64,000 bases of DNA, from assembly GCA_015063325.1 (NCBI GenBank), contig SVUK01000006.1:67239-131238 (forward strand), given 5' to 3'. Source of the stretch: Oscillospiraceae bacterium. GTDB taxonomy: Bacteria > Bacillota > Clostridia > Oscillospirales > CAG-272. The position numbers were made by a program, and so were the translations under genes. The notes under the pieces were generated by a model. That model saw only the letters and a list, made by a program, of their open reading frames with translations, had not been told where the DNA came from and ran no database searches. Positions 1 through 9,261 of the stretch are shown in pieces. The stretch's first letter is position 1. Every line of letters starts with the position of its first letter.

Positions 1-1
1 G

Positions 2-1234
2 GTGTTCGCCGATAAAATTCTGCACAAGGGGGAGCAGATCGGCTCTTGCTTCCAACTGAATTTCATTCAGCAGAAAAGTAAGCGTATCGACTTTTTGCAA
101 GAGGTCGATCAGTTCTTCTTTCCAAAGTTCAATTTCCTTTTTCTTTTCCGGATCTTCCAATCCGCCTCTGCGAATGGAACGTCGGATTAAACGGGTGTAA
201 CCGATAATCCGCGCCTTGTCTTCCACTGCGCGAATTGTTTGCTCGTCGGTTGTTCCAAGGTAAGCGGAAAGCGTTTTTTTCCAAAAAACGGTTGCGGTTT
301 CAAAATCGAATCCCTGGAATTTGATGATGTTCTTATGATTGTATTCAGAAAAACCGATATACGCATTGAACATACTGCCCAACTCAAAAATCGGGTGTCC
401 GACCGCAAGGGTATCCATGTCGATAATCAGCACTTCATCGCCTTGCAATTCCAAATTTTTGGTGTGATAGTCGCCGTGAATCATTGTATCGGTATGGGGA
501 ACTGTCTGCACCAATTTCACCAGCTTTTCGCCGAGATCAGCCGGTAGATAATCGCGCACGAATTTTGCCCAGTCAAGCGCGGTTTCTTTCATATCGGGCA
601 GTTTTCCTGCCGGAACGTTGGTTCCGTGTATTTTTTTGAGCATTTTTACGTATTCATCAACGCACCAGTCCATTTTATCCGGCTCGGTGGAGAGAATTTT
701 AGAGAAAGAGCGCGCGTTTAGCAGTTCAAAAACAGAGCCATAACTTTCGCCTACTTTAACAACGTCGTAGGAAATTGCAGTTGGAATTCCGAGAATCAAA
801 GCCAACTTGGCAACCTCGCGCTCATGTTGAATATCCGAAAGCGCGTCGGCGTTGTTGTAGACCTTTACCACGTTATCCTTATCAATGCGGTAAATAGTTC
901 CGTTTGCACCGCGACCGATTTCCTCGCACCCCTCCACCGAAACGGTACGGTATGCTTTTTCCACCGGCATCATTTCGGTAAAGCCTGTCATTTCCAAAAT
1001 GTCGTAAACGTCCGCGTTGACCTCTGTAATGCACAGAGACGGGTATGATTTTTTGACGCGCAAAATGACACGCAGACCGGCGCTGGAGATGTACTCCAGT
1101 TTTTTGGCATTCAGAACAATGCTGACGGAACGGTCTTCCGGCAGTTTTGCAACAATCTCCTGCTCCACTTGGGCTGCGTTGCCCGAATCAATTCTTCCGC
1201 AAAGTTCAATCGTCATTTTTTCTTCGTTTTGCAT
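2..1234 (-). CDS. STAS (anti-sigma-antagonist-like) domain fused to an APH/choline-kinase-fold phosphotransferase domain. The 3' end runs off the window, and the gene is absent from the supplied ORF track because it is open-ended.
   Basis: Hand translation of the minus strand. ATG at 1234-1232 is preceded by GGAGA. N-terminus reads MQNEEKMTIELCGRIDSGNAAQVEQEI...KKLEYISSAGLRVILRV (STAS, Ser50/51). It continues with GRGANGTIYRI, HGDYHTKN (res 253-260) and IIDMD (270-274), which match a kinase catalytic loop and metal-binding Asp. No stop codon down to position 2. Confidence 0.8.
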   Translation of the reverse strand, partial: MQNEEKMTIELCGRIDSGNAAQVEQEIVAKLPEDRSVSIVLNAKKLEYISSAGLRVILRVKKSYPSLCITEVNADVYDILEMTGFTEMMPVEKAYRTVSVEGCEEIGRGANGTIYRIDKDNVVKVYNNADALSDIQHEREVAKLALILGIPTAISYDVVKVGESYGSVFELLNARSFSKILSTEPDKMDWCVDEYVKMLKKIHGTNVPAGKLPDMKETALDWAKFVRDYLPADLGEKLVKLVQTVPHTDTMIHGDYHTKNLELQGDEVLIIDMDTLAVGHPIFELGSMFNAYIGFSEYNHKNIIKFQGFDFETATVFWKKTLSAYLGTTDEQTIRAVEDKARIIGYTRLIRRSIRRGGLEDPEKKKEIELWKEELIDLLQKVDTLTFLLNEIQLEARADLLPLVQNFIGEH

Positions 1235-1310
1235 AGCAATTCTCCATTTTTTGGATTTATATCTATTCTATCATATTTTTTTTGATTTTTCAACTTTTTC
1301 TGCTAAATTA

Positions 1311-1339
1311 TTGAAATGAAAAATAAAATATGCTATAAT
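1311..1339 (+). promoter_or_regulatory. Sigma-A-type promoter for the P-type ATPase gene
   Basis: TTGAAA (1311-1316), 17-nt spacer, TATAAT (1334-1339). Lies 45 nt upstream of the ATG at 1384. Confidence 0.5.
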
Positions 1340-1383
1340 GTGTAGGCTGCCTTAATTATTTGCTTCAAAAAAAGGAGGAAGAC

Positions 1384-4300
1384 ATGAAAAAAAGAAAACA
1401 GCGTGCGTCCATCGAGCGCATTTGTCCCGACTTTCAAAAGGGACTGACGCAGGAGCAGGTCAACGAGCGCGTTCAAAAAGGGTACACCAACGTTGCCGAC
1501 GATCCCAACGAGAAGGGACCGCTGAAGATTGTTGCCGGCAACCTGTTCACCTTTTTCAACGTGGTTTTGTTTTCCATTGCTCTGTTGTTTATCGTTTTTA
1601 TCATCTACCTGAAGGCGTCCGGGCATTCGGAAATTGCCGATAAGTATTTCGGGTTTACCAAGTTCGTATTCCTGATCCCGGCAATTATGAACGTTGGAAT
1701 GGGGACGTTTCAGGAGATCAAAAGTTTAAAAGTTATTAAAAAACTTCGTATTGTTACCGAATCCAAGGCAAAAGTTGTTCGCAACGGGGAAACGATCCGG
1801 ATCGACGCCAGCGGAATTGTGCTGGACGACATCGTTTCGGTTTCCGCAGGCGATCAGGCCTCCGCCGACCTGACGGTGCTGGACGGCGAAGTATTCGTGG
1901 ACGAATCCATGCTGACCGGTGAAGCAGACCATGTGAAAAAATGCGTCGGTGATCAGATTCTTTCCGGTTCTTCCATTATTGTTGGTTCGGCGCATTGCCG
2001 CGCCGTTGCCGTTGGTAACGATACATATGCCGCCGAATTGACCAAGAAGGTCAAGAGCGGTACGCGCCACAAATCCGAGCTGATGACTTCCATTATGAAG
2101 ATCATCAAAATCCTGACCGTTGGGTTGTGCATTGCGCAAATCACCGTACTGACGACCATGGCAATCAAAATTGTTGCCACCGGCGCCGATGCCGCAATTT
2201 GGGGCGAGCTTGCACCGTTGGATTTGAAAAATCCCGTATCGTGGGCGATTTTGGCGGTTACGGGCGGAACCTACGGAATCGGTATGATTCCTACCGGCTT
2301 GGTGCTGACGGCGTCGGTTACCATGATGGTTTCGATTGCACAGCTGACCAAAAAGCAAACGCTGATTCAAGAGCTGTATTCTTTGGAAAACCTTTCCCGT
2401 GTGGACGTGATTTGTCTGGATAAAACCGGAACGCTGACCGACGGTACCATGACAGTTGCCGATGTGAAGGCCTTCGTTCCCATGGAGGAGGTGGAGCGCC
2501 ACGCACGCGCGCTGATGGCGTCCCAGGGCGAACGCAACGCCACCGCCGAGGCGATTTACCAGCGGTTTGGTATTGACGAGAACGCTTCCTATAAAGAAAA
2601 GATTCCGTTTAACAGCGCGGTCAAGTATTCCGGCTTGGTTTATAACGACGGCAAGCGCCTTTTGATGGGTGCGCCGGAATATCTGCTTTCCAAGGACGAC
2701 GAGCGGCTCTCCTTTGCCGCCGATTGCGCCAAGGAAGGCAAGCGCGTGATCGCCCTGACGTTGGATGGCGAGCTGGTTGCCTTTTTCGTTATTGAAGACC
2801 ATATCCGCGATACCGCGCCGGATACCCTGAAATTCTTCCGTGAAAACGGCGTTACCGTGAAAGTCATTTCGGGTGATAACCCCCTTACCGTTTCCAAAAT
2901 TGCCGAGCAGTGCGGCATTAAGTTTGCAGATCGTTACATCTCGCTGGAGGGTGTTCCGCTGGAACAAATTCCCGAAATTTGCGAGGACTACACCGTATTC
3001 GCCCGTGTAACACCCGAGCAGAAGGAAGCGCTTGTTACTGCGTTGCAGGCGAAAGGACACAAGGTTGCCATGACCGGTGATGGTGTAAACGATATTCTTG
3101 CGCTTCGCAAATCGGATAGCTCCATTACCTTTGCAAAGGCGACCGAAGCGGCAAAATCCTGCTCCGATGTTGTTTTGCTGGATAATGATTTTTCTCACCT
3201 CAAAGAGGTGGTCGGCGAAGGTCGCCGCGTTATCAGCAACATTCAAAAAACCGCTGTTCTGTATTTGATGAAATCGATTGCAGTTTTCATCTTTGCCTTT
3301 GCGCTGATCCCGTTTGCAAGAGGGCAGATGAACCTTACGGTGGAAAACTTGTATATGCTGGAGGCCGCTGTCATCGGTACGGGCGGATTCCTGCTCTCGC
3401 TGGAGCCGATCCGCAAACCGATCGTTGGCTCGTTTATGAAGAATATTCTGACGCAGGCGGTTGCCGCAGGCGTTCTGGTTTCGGTCGGTATTTTGTTGCC
3501 GCTGTTGCTCTACGCTGTTCCGCAGGCACTCGGCGCGGCGCCGATCATCAGTGAAACGAGCGTTCGCACGATGATGACGATCCTCGTCAGCCTTGCAGGT
3601 TTTGTCGTTCTGTTTTCCATGTGCCTGCCGTTCAACAAATATCGTGCCATCACCGTTACGGCGTTGGTTGCCGTTGCCGCCATTCTCGGCTTTATGCTGC
3701 CGGCTTCCTATATCGGCGGTCAGACCATCGGCGTTGATATGGTGAAATTTGACGCCGCGGCAGGGCAAACCATTTTTGATTCCCAGCTGATGCACGAAAT
3801 GTTCCAGCCTTGGAACTCCGCCGCTGTCAAGGACCTGTTTTCGGATCAGGAGAACTTCGTCATTCTGCGGTTGTTCCTCTACGTTGCTGTTCCCGTCTTC
3901 ATTTTGATCCGCTTTGCCATTGAGAATGCCAACAGAAGAAATTACGGCAAAGACGTCAAAAAGAACCGTTCCTTCCGCATTGGCAGAAGATTGACGCTTG
4001 CCTCCGGTTTTGTGCTGATCCTGCACGCCGTCCTTTCGGCGGTGGAATTGACCTCCGCTTCTATGGCGGTTCCGATCAGTGCACGCTACCATATCGGCGA
4101 GGGCGTTTCTCTTGCTATCAACATTGCTTTCGTCGTCCTTCATCTTGCAATCGGTTATATCGGTTACAAGGTTTGGAAGGACCCGACCAAAAAGATGCTC
4201 CGCATCGCGTTCGGTGCGGCGATCGTTCTGTTGGTTATCACGATTGTCAGCATGGTCCTTTCCGGACAGATCATTACCAGAACGAACGACGTTTTAATGA

Positions 4301-4407
4301 TCATCGACAGTGTGCTGGTTTTGATTGCTTCGGCTGCGTATATCACCGGAGCTTCCATCATTCGTGCCCAGTACAATCTCGGACTTCTTAAACCGAGAGA
4401 CGCTTGA
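1384..4407 (+). CDS. Cation-translocating P-type ATPase of an atypical clade, with a C-terminal membrane extension (1007 aa)
   Basis: DKTGTLT phosphorylation motif and TGDGVNDILAL hinge. TGEA replaces TGES, and M4 reads IPTGL instead of PEGL. About 170 extra C-terminal residues form about 4 hydrophobic segments. Start at ATG 1384 after AAAGGAGGA; the track start at 1360 is an upstream TTG. Confidence 0.85.
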   Translation: MKKRKQRASIERICPDFQKGLTQEQVNERVQKGYTNVADDPNEKGPLKIVAGNLFTFFNVVLFSIALLFIVFIIYLKASGHSEIADKYFGFTKFVFLIPAIMNVGMGTFQEIKSLKVIKKLRIVTESKAKVVRNGETIRIDASGIVLDDIVSVSAGDQASADLTVLDGEVFVDESMLTGEADHVKKCVGDQILSGSSIIVGSAHCRAVAVGNDTYAAELTKKVKSGTRHKSELMTSIMKIIKILTVGLCIAQITVLTTMAIKIVATGADAAIWGELAPLDLKNPVSWAILAVTGGTYGIGMIPTGLVLTASVTMMVSIAQLTKKQTLIQELYSLENLSRVDVICLDKTGTLTDGTMTVADVKAFVPMEEVERHARALMASQGERNATAEAIYQRFGIDENASYKEKIPFNSAVKYSGLVYNDGKRLLMGAPEYLLSKDDERLSFAADCAKEGKRVIALTLDGELVAFFVIEDHIRDTAPDTLKFFRENGVTVKVISGDNPLTVSKIAEQCGIKFADRYISLEGVPLEQIPEICEDYTVFARVTPEQKEALVTALQAKGHKVAMTGDGVNDILALRKSDSSITFAKATEAAKSCSDVVLLDNDFSHLKEVVGEGRRVISNIQKTAVLYLMKSIAVFIFAFALIPFARGQMNLTVENLYMLEAAVIGTGGFLLSLEPIRKPIVGSFMKNILTQAVAAGVLVSVGILLPLLLYAVPQALGAAPIISETSVRTMMTILVSLAGFVVLFSMCLPFNKYRAITVTALVAVAAILGFMLPASYIGGQTIGVDMVKFDAAAGQTIFDSQLMHEMFQPWNSAAVKDLFSDQENFVILRLFLYVAVPVFILIRFAIENANRRNYGKDVKKNRSFRIGRRLTLASGFVLILHAVLSAVELTSASMAVPISARYHIGEGVSLAINIAFVVLHLAIGYIGYKVWKDPTKKMLRIAFGAAIVLLVITIVSMVLSGQIITRTNDVLMIIDSVLVLIASAAYITGASIIRAQYNLGLLKPRDA

Positions 4408-4420
4408 AAGTGATAACATA

Positions 4421-4467
4421 AAAAGGAACAGCCCAAAGCATTGCAATGCTTTGGGCTGTTCCTTTTT
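4421..4467. terminator. Bidirectional rho-independent terminator between the convergent ATPase and PP2C genes
   Basis: aaaaGGAACAGCCCAAAGCATTgcAATGCTTTGGGCTGTTCCtttttt: 18-bp perfect stem flanked by an A-run and a T-run. Confidence 0.8.
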
Positions 4468-4474
4468 TGTTTGG

Positions 4475-5938
4475 TTATTGCTTTCCTTTATATTCTAAGC
4501 AGAGCATGGTCAAATCGTCAAATTGCTCGGCATCTTTTACAAATGCGTCAACCGAAGAACGCAAATGGTTCAGGGTGTCTGCAGGTGACGCTTCACAGTT
4601 TTGATTGAGCGCGGCGAGCATACGGTCGGCGCCGAACAATTCGTTTTGCGCGTTGGTTGCTTCGGGGACCCCATCGGTATACAGGAGAAGCTTTGCGCCC
4701 GGTTCCAGCCGGAGCTCGTATTCTTTATATTTGACGCCGTCCATTCCGCCAATCACAAATCCGTGCTTATCCTTTACAAGCTCAAAGTTTCCGTTTGCCT
4801 GCTTGAGAACGGGGTATTCGTGCCCTGCGTTTGCGGCTGTCAGTTTTCCGGTAGAGATTTCCAAAATGCCGATCCAAACGGTAACAAACATTTCCTCGCG
4901 GTTGTTCGAGCAAATGGCGGCGTTGGTATCGGTCAGAATTTGCGCCGGGGATTTTCCCATCATGGCGTTGTTTGCCAAAATGATTTTGGAAGCCATCATA
5001 AAGAGTGCGGCGGGAACGCCCTTGCCCGAAACGTCGGCCATCACCATGCAAAGGTGATCGTCGTCAACGAGAAAGAAGTCGTAAAAGTCGCCGCCAACTT
5101 CTTTGGCAGGATTCATGGAAGCAAAAATGTCAAATTCCGATCTTTCGGGGAAGGGTGGGAAGATGTTCGGCAGCATACTGGACTGAATGCTGGACGCCAT
5201 GTTGAGTTCGTTTTCAATTCGGGAAGTTTCCAACTGTTGTTTTGCGTATTTGTCGTTTTGATTTTGAATAATGACCGAGAACATGTAAACCGATGACAGA
5301 ACGGTTGCAAAAATAAGAAATTGGAACTTACCCTTTCCCAGCGTTTGAAGAATAATTGCCGGAATCGGGGATATTAAATAGATCCAAAATGCCGAATTGA
5401 CGCGCTTGTCAATCTTTTTGCGACCCATAAACAGCAGAACAGCATCGGTAATCAACATGTTGACCGGGCAAACGTAGGAAAGGAAAATCAGTTTGCCGGC
5501 AACATACCGGTTTTCATCATTAAATTGATAAATCAAACCGTTCGGCGCGCAAGCGATTAAAATAACAATGTGTATGAAGAGAAATGCATATAAAAGAATT
5601 GCCGCTCGAATGGTTGCTTTCTTTTTCAGCTGCGCAACGGCAAGAACAAGAATCGACATCGTATGCGCCATAAATCCGGCGGAAAGAAATTCCGCAAACG
5701 TGATGATATAAAGCGCAATACGTGCGCCCTCGCCGGCGCGTCCGTTCAAAAGCTCCCGGGCAAGATGCGTGGAAATATAGAAAAGAATCAAAAGAAAGAA
5801 AAACTGAAAGTAACGCCGCACCTCTTTGCGCAAATGCACGGAGGAGGTGATGTGCATAAAGCAAAGACTGCAAATGCCGATACCGCCGGCAGTGAACAAC
5901 GCGTTTACAAGATGCGCCGATAGAATGAAATCTACCAT
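4475..5938 (-). CDS. Polytopic membrane protein with a C-terminal SpoIIE/RsbU-type PP2C serine phosphatase domain
   Basis: About 230 aa with about 7 hydrophobic helices, followed by the PP2C hallmarks GGDFYDFF, MADVSGKGVPAALFM, GHEYP and LYTDGVPEA. SD AGAGG lies upstream of the ATG at 5938. Confidence 0.9.
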   Translation of the reverse strand: MVDFILSAHLVNALFTAGGIGICSLCFMHITSSVHLRKEVRRYFQFFFLLILFYISTHLARELLNGRAGEGARIALYIITFAEFLSAGFMAHTMSILVLAVAQLKKKATIRAAILLYAFLFIHIVILIACAPNGLIYQFNDENRYVAGKLIFLSYVCPVNMLITDAVLLFMGRKKIDKRVNSAFWIYLISPIPAIILQTLGKGKFQFLIFATVLSSVYMFSVIIQNQNDKYAKQQLETSRIENELNMASSIQSSMLPNIFPPFPERSEFDIFASMNPAKEVGGDFYDFFLVDDDHLCMVMADVSGKGVPAALFMMASKIILANNAMMGKSPAQILTDTNAAICSNNREEMFVTVWIGILEISTGKLTAANAGHEYPVLKQANGNFELVKDKHGFVIGGMDGVKYKEYELRLEPGAKLLLYTDGVPEATNAQNELFGADRMLAALNQNCEASPADTLNHLRSSVDAFVKDAEQFDDLTMLCLEYKGKQ

Positions 5939-5974
5939 AGATAATTAACCTCTGTTTTTACTTTGCGCGGACGG

Positions 5975-6280
5975 TTATTCAATTGTAAGAATATCCGAAA
6001 ATCCGGTCACTTCAAAAATCTCCATGACGGTTGCGTTGACATGGCAAACCGTCATCTTGCCCTGTCCGTTCATCACTTTTTGGGCGGAGAGCAGAACGCG
6101 CAGTCCTGCCGAGGAGATGTATTCCAGTTTTTCAAAATCCAAAGCAAGTTCTTCCAGCCCGGGAAGAATGGATTGAATCTCTTTTTCCAAATCCGGTGCG
6201 GTCAGCGTATCCAAACGGCCTTCCGCAAAAAGAATTGCCTTTTTTCCTTCGATTGTCTTGTTAATGTTCAGCATGGTCAT
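5975..6280 (-). CDS. Single-domain STAS protein (anti-sigma-factor-antagonist family), 101 aa
   Basis: MTMLNINKTIEGKKAILFAEGRLDTLTAPDLEKEI...FEKLEYISSAGLRVLLSAQ...MEIFEVTGF. The phosphorylatable Ser position is conserved (Ser56/57). GGAGAAA SD lies before the ATG at 6280. The track start at 6442 would overlap the upstream permease gene. Confidence 0.85.
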   Translation of the reverse strand: MTMLNINKTIEGKKAILFAEGRLDTLTAPDLEKEIQSILPGLEELALDFEKLEYISSAGLRVLLSAQKVMNGQGKMTVCHVNATVMEIFEVTGFSDILTIE

Positions 6281-6342
6281 TTTCTCCTGTTTTTGTTTTA
6301 ATTTTTTAATATAATTTTTAGAACCCAAAATGAAAATCAATT

Positions 6343-9255
6343 TTATGCTACATCGGTCAAACGCAGGTTTTTCACCTTTCGCAAAGCGATTGCATTCACG
6401 ATTATGGTAAAGAGAACGGTGATTGCCGCGGCAATACCCCAAGCCAAAATGTCGGGACTGCGTTTGAGCTGCAGGAAGGATTGCTCCAGCGTTCGGACAA
6501 TGCTATAACCGGCGCCTGCGCCTGCGGCAATGCCAAGCAGAATGCCCAAAATGGTTGTGAGCACCGTTTCGCGCAGGATATACCCGATTACCTCTTTTAC
6601 GGTAAAGCCGTTGATGCGCATAACGGTCATTTCCCGTTTCTTTTGCAGGACGTACATATTGGTCAGATTGAGCTGTACCACACCAGCCATGACGCCGGCA
6701 ATAAAGATGAACAAGATCGTTACGATGGTGAGCATGGACATGGAGGTTTCAATCACCGATTTACTCGAATCGGCGTCAAAACTGGATTCAAATCCTTCCA
6801 GCCCACGGAGTTCTTCGCTCAATTTTTCACCGTCCGCTCCATTCAAGCGGATCATGTATGCATTTGCTGTGAAGGGAGTTCCGTACGCTTTTTCATAGTA
6901 GGTGCTGCTCATTGCAAAAGAGCGCCCGATATAACTTTCAAAAATTCCGGCAACACGAACGGTTGCAATGTTCGTTCCGCCCAGCGCAAGATCAAATTCA
7001 CTGCCAACCGAAAGATGACAGGTTTCGGCAATTCTGCGCGGAATCAGAATCCCCCGGTCGGTCGGACGAATGGGTTCTCCGGTTTTCCAGTCATATAAGT
7101 GGTAGTATTTTCCAATCTCTTCAAGATCACCGCAAAGCAGATCGGCAACCTGCAGATCGTCAATCCGGTAGGTTACGGTTGCATTGTAAATCTTTGCCGA
7201 TTCCGCATTTGCGCGGATGATCGCGTCTTGGTAATCGTTGCCGTCGTTTGCGGCGGTTTGGGGATCGTAGCTTACAAGATAGTCGTATTCAATGATTTCG
7301 CCGTACTGCTTATCAACCGAACCGGTCACCGCTGATTTCAGCGTCAGCCCGATGATGACCAATGCACAGCAACCGGCAACGCTGACGATGGTAACCATGA
7401 CGCGCTTGAGGTCGGTGCGCATATTCAAAAGGATCAAACGAGAATAAAGGGAGAGAACGCGTTTGCCTTTCCGTTTTCCAAACGTTTTTTTCTTAACGCC
7501 GGGAGCTTTCGGCTGCATCAGGCTGACGGCGGGCTCGCGCAACAGTTTGCTACAGGCAAACCAAACGGCAAGGACCGCCAAAAGGATTCCAAAGCAGAAA
7601 ACGATTGCCGTTGACCCGGCGACGAAACAGGGCTTGGAAACATCAAAATTATAATAATTGTTAAATCCGTTCAGCAAAAACGGTGCAATGGCGAATCGCG
7701 CTGTCAGAATTCCAAGAAGAATACCGATAGCGGTTGCCGAAACGCCGAAAAAGAGATATTTCGCAAAAATTTCACGGGTGAAAAAGCCGAGCGCTTTGGT
7801 TGTGCCAACCATACCGCGCTGTTCGTCCACCATTTTCCCAACGGTTGCGAAAATGACCAGTGCGCCAACCAAAACGAATAGCAGGGAGAAGGTCATTTTT
7901 AAGTTTGAGAAGTTTGAGCTTCCCACAATCAGTTGTGCGAAACTTGCATTGCCTTTTCCGTCAAACGAGATCCAACGGCAAGGGCGCAGTTCCGCCATTT
8001 TTTGCTTGTAGATTTCCAGCCCTTCGAGGTATTGCACGTGTCCTTCATCCCATTGGTTGCAACCGTCCGAAAGTTCCTGAAAATCTTTCGTATATCCAGC
8101 CGCATAGGTGACGAGCGCATCCCGAACGGCAACCATGTCGTAATCTCCCGTTTCGGTTTTCGGAGCGTCGACTTTTTGCGTGTATTCGTAAACGGCGACC
8201 AACAGTTTTTCCGAAATACTTTCCGAGGAAAGGATTGCTTGAATGATATCTTTTGGCGAGCGACTCAAATCAACGCGAAGATTTTGGGTGATCCAAAGAT
8301 ATTTTGCTGTTTCGTTGGGGTCATCGACATTTGCTTCCTTTTCGGTTGCCCAATGAAACAGTTTATGTTCTTCCGATTGCCTAAAAACGGTTTCAACGAT
8401 ATTTTTCAGCTGATTCCGAATCATTGCTTTAGCGGATTCCAGTTTGTCAAAACCTTCTTCCAGCTGCGCTTTGGAATCGTTGAGTTTCTGTTGCGCGCTC
8501 TCGGTTACTGCTTTATCCCGTTTTGCGGCTGCAGAAACGGCAAGCTCATCGATTTGCTCCTGAACGGCGGCAACCAAGTTTTCATATTTTTCGGAGAAAC
8601 GGTCAATGTTTTCCGGCTTTTCGATGGTGATTTCCGCTTTCATAAAGCAACCTTCCAACGCTTCGTCATCAAAAACGTCCCACATTGTAAGTACGTAGGG
8701 AGCTTCCTGAACGATATTGTTGGAATGATCGGGATGGTTGACAATACCGGTGACAGTGAATTCGGTTTTTTGAAGATAATTCACCTTTTGTCCGGCGGAG
8801 TCGACCAGGGAGATCTTGTCACCCACTTTTATACCGATTTTTTTAGCAAGCGTTTCTTCAAGAACGCATTCGTCAATCGCGGTCGGTAGTCGTCCGTCAT
8901 GGAGTTCAACCCGGTTGATGCGTTGCGTCAGCGAGACAACGCTGATACTTTCACTCGCATTTTGATAGTTGACAACCGCGGATACGGAGCGCACGGTTTC
9001 CACATCGGTTACGCCATTGATTTTCTTCAAATCCTGTACGTCTTCTTCGGAGAACAGCAAGGTGGAAATAATTTCAATATCCCGGAAATTAACGCGGTTG
9101 TAAATATCCGATCCATTCCGGCGCAAACCGGTTGCCGTATAATCAATGCCTAAAAAGGTGGTAACGCCGATCATGGCGATAATGATGATGGAGAGAAACG
9201 AAACTTTTTGTTTCCAAACGTTTCGCAAACAATCTTTTCGTTGTGTCTTTTTCAT
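6343..9255 (-). CDS. ABC transporter permease of MacB/FtsX type, with two FtsX 4-TM modules and a large extracytoplasmic domain (970 aa)
   Basis: N-terminal TM helix, then an extracytoplasmic region of about 430 aa that includes a coiled-coil-like stretch (AAKRDKAVTESAQQKLNDSKAQLEEGFDKLESAKAMIRNQL). FtsX-like TM blocks lie around res 470-590 and 850-970. The start lies 6 nt after the stop of the upstream ATPase gene. Confidence 0.85.
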   Translation of the reverse strand: MKKTQRKDCLRNVWKQKVSFLSIIIIAMIGVTTFLGIDYTATGLRRNGSDIYNRVNFRDIEIISTLLFSEEDVQDLKKINGVTDVETVRSVSAVVNYQNASESISVVSLTQRINRVELHDGRLPTAIDECVLEETLAKKIGIKVGDKISLVDSAGQKVNYLQKTEFTVTGIVNHPDHSNNIVQEAPYVLTMWDVFDDEALEGCFMKAEITIEKPENIDRFSEKYENLVAAVQEQIDELAVSAAAKRDKAVTESAQQKLNDSKAQLEEGFDKLESAKAMIRNQLKNIVETVFRQSEEHKLFHWATEKEANVDDPNETAKYLWITQNLRVDLSRSPKDIIQAILSSESISEKLLVAVYEYTQKVDAPKTETGDYDMVAVRDALVTYAAGYTKDFQELSDGCNQWDEGHVQYLEGLEIYKQKMAELRPCRWISFDGKGNASFAQLIVGSSNFSNLKMTFSLLFVLVGALVIFATVGKMVDEQRGMVGTTKALGFFTREIFAKYLFFGVSATAIGILLGILTARFAIAPFLLNGFNNYYNFDVSKPCFVAGSTAIVFCFGILLAVLAVWFACSKLLREPAVSLMQPKAPGVKKKTFGKRKGKRVLSLYSRLILLNMRTDLKRVMVTIVSVAGCCALVIIGLTLKSAVTGSVDKQYGEIIEYDYLVSYDPQTAANDGNDYQDAIIRANAESAKIYNATVTYRIDDLQVADLLCGDLEEIGKYYHLYDWKTGEPIRPTDRGILIPRRIAETCHLSVGSEFDLALGGTNIATVRVAGIFESYIGRSFAMSSTYYEKAYGTPFTANAYMIRLNGADGEKLSEELRGLEGFESSFDADSSKSVIETSMSMLTIVTILFIFIAGVMAGVVQLNLTNMYVLQKKREMTVMRINGFTVKEVIGYILRETVLTTILGILLGIAAGAGAGYSIVRTLEQSFLQLKRSPDILAWGIAAAITVLFTIIVNAIALRKVKNLRLTDVA

Positions 9256-9261
9256 ATCGCG

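Noticed and set aside
1726-4143. 805-aa minus-strand ORF, plus smaller ORFs, inside the P-type ATPase gene
   Set aside because: It is antisense to a gene with unambiguous P-type ATPase motifs. The translation is Arg/Gly/Asn-rich low-complexity sequence with no recognisable motif and no SD, as expected for a shadow ORF.
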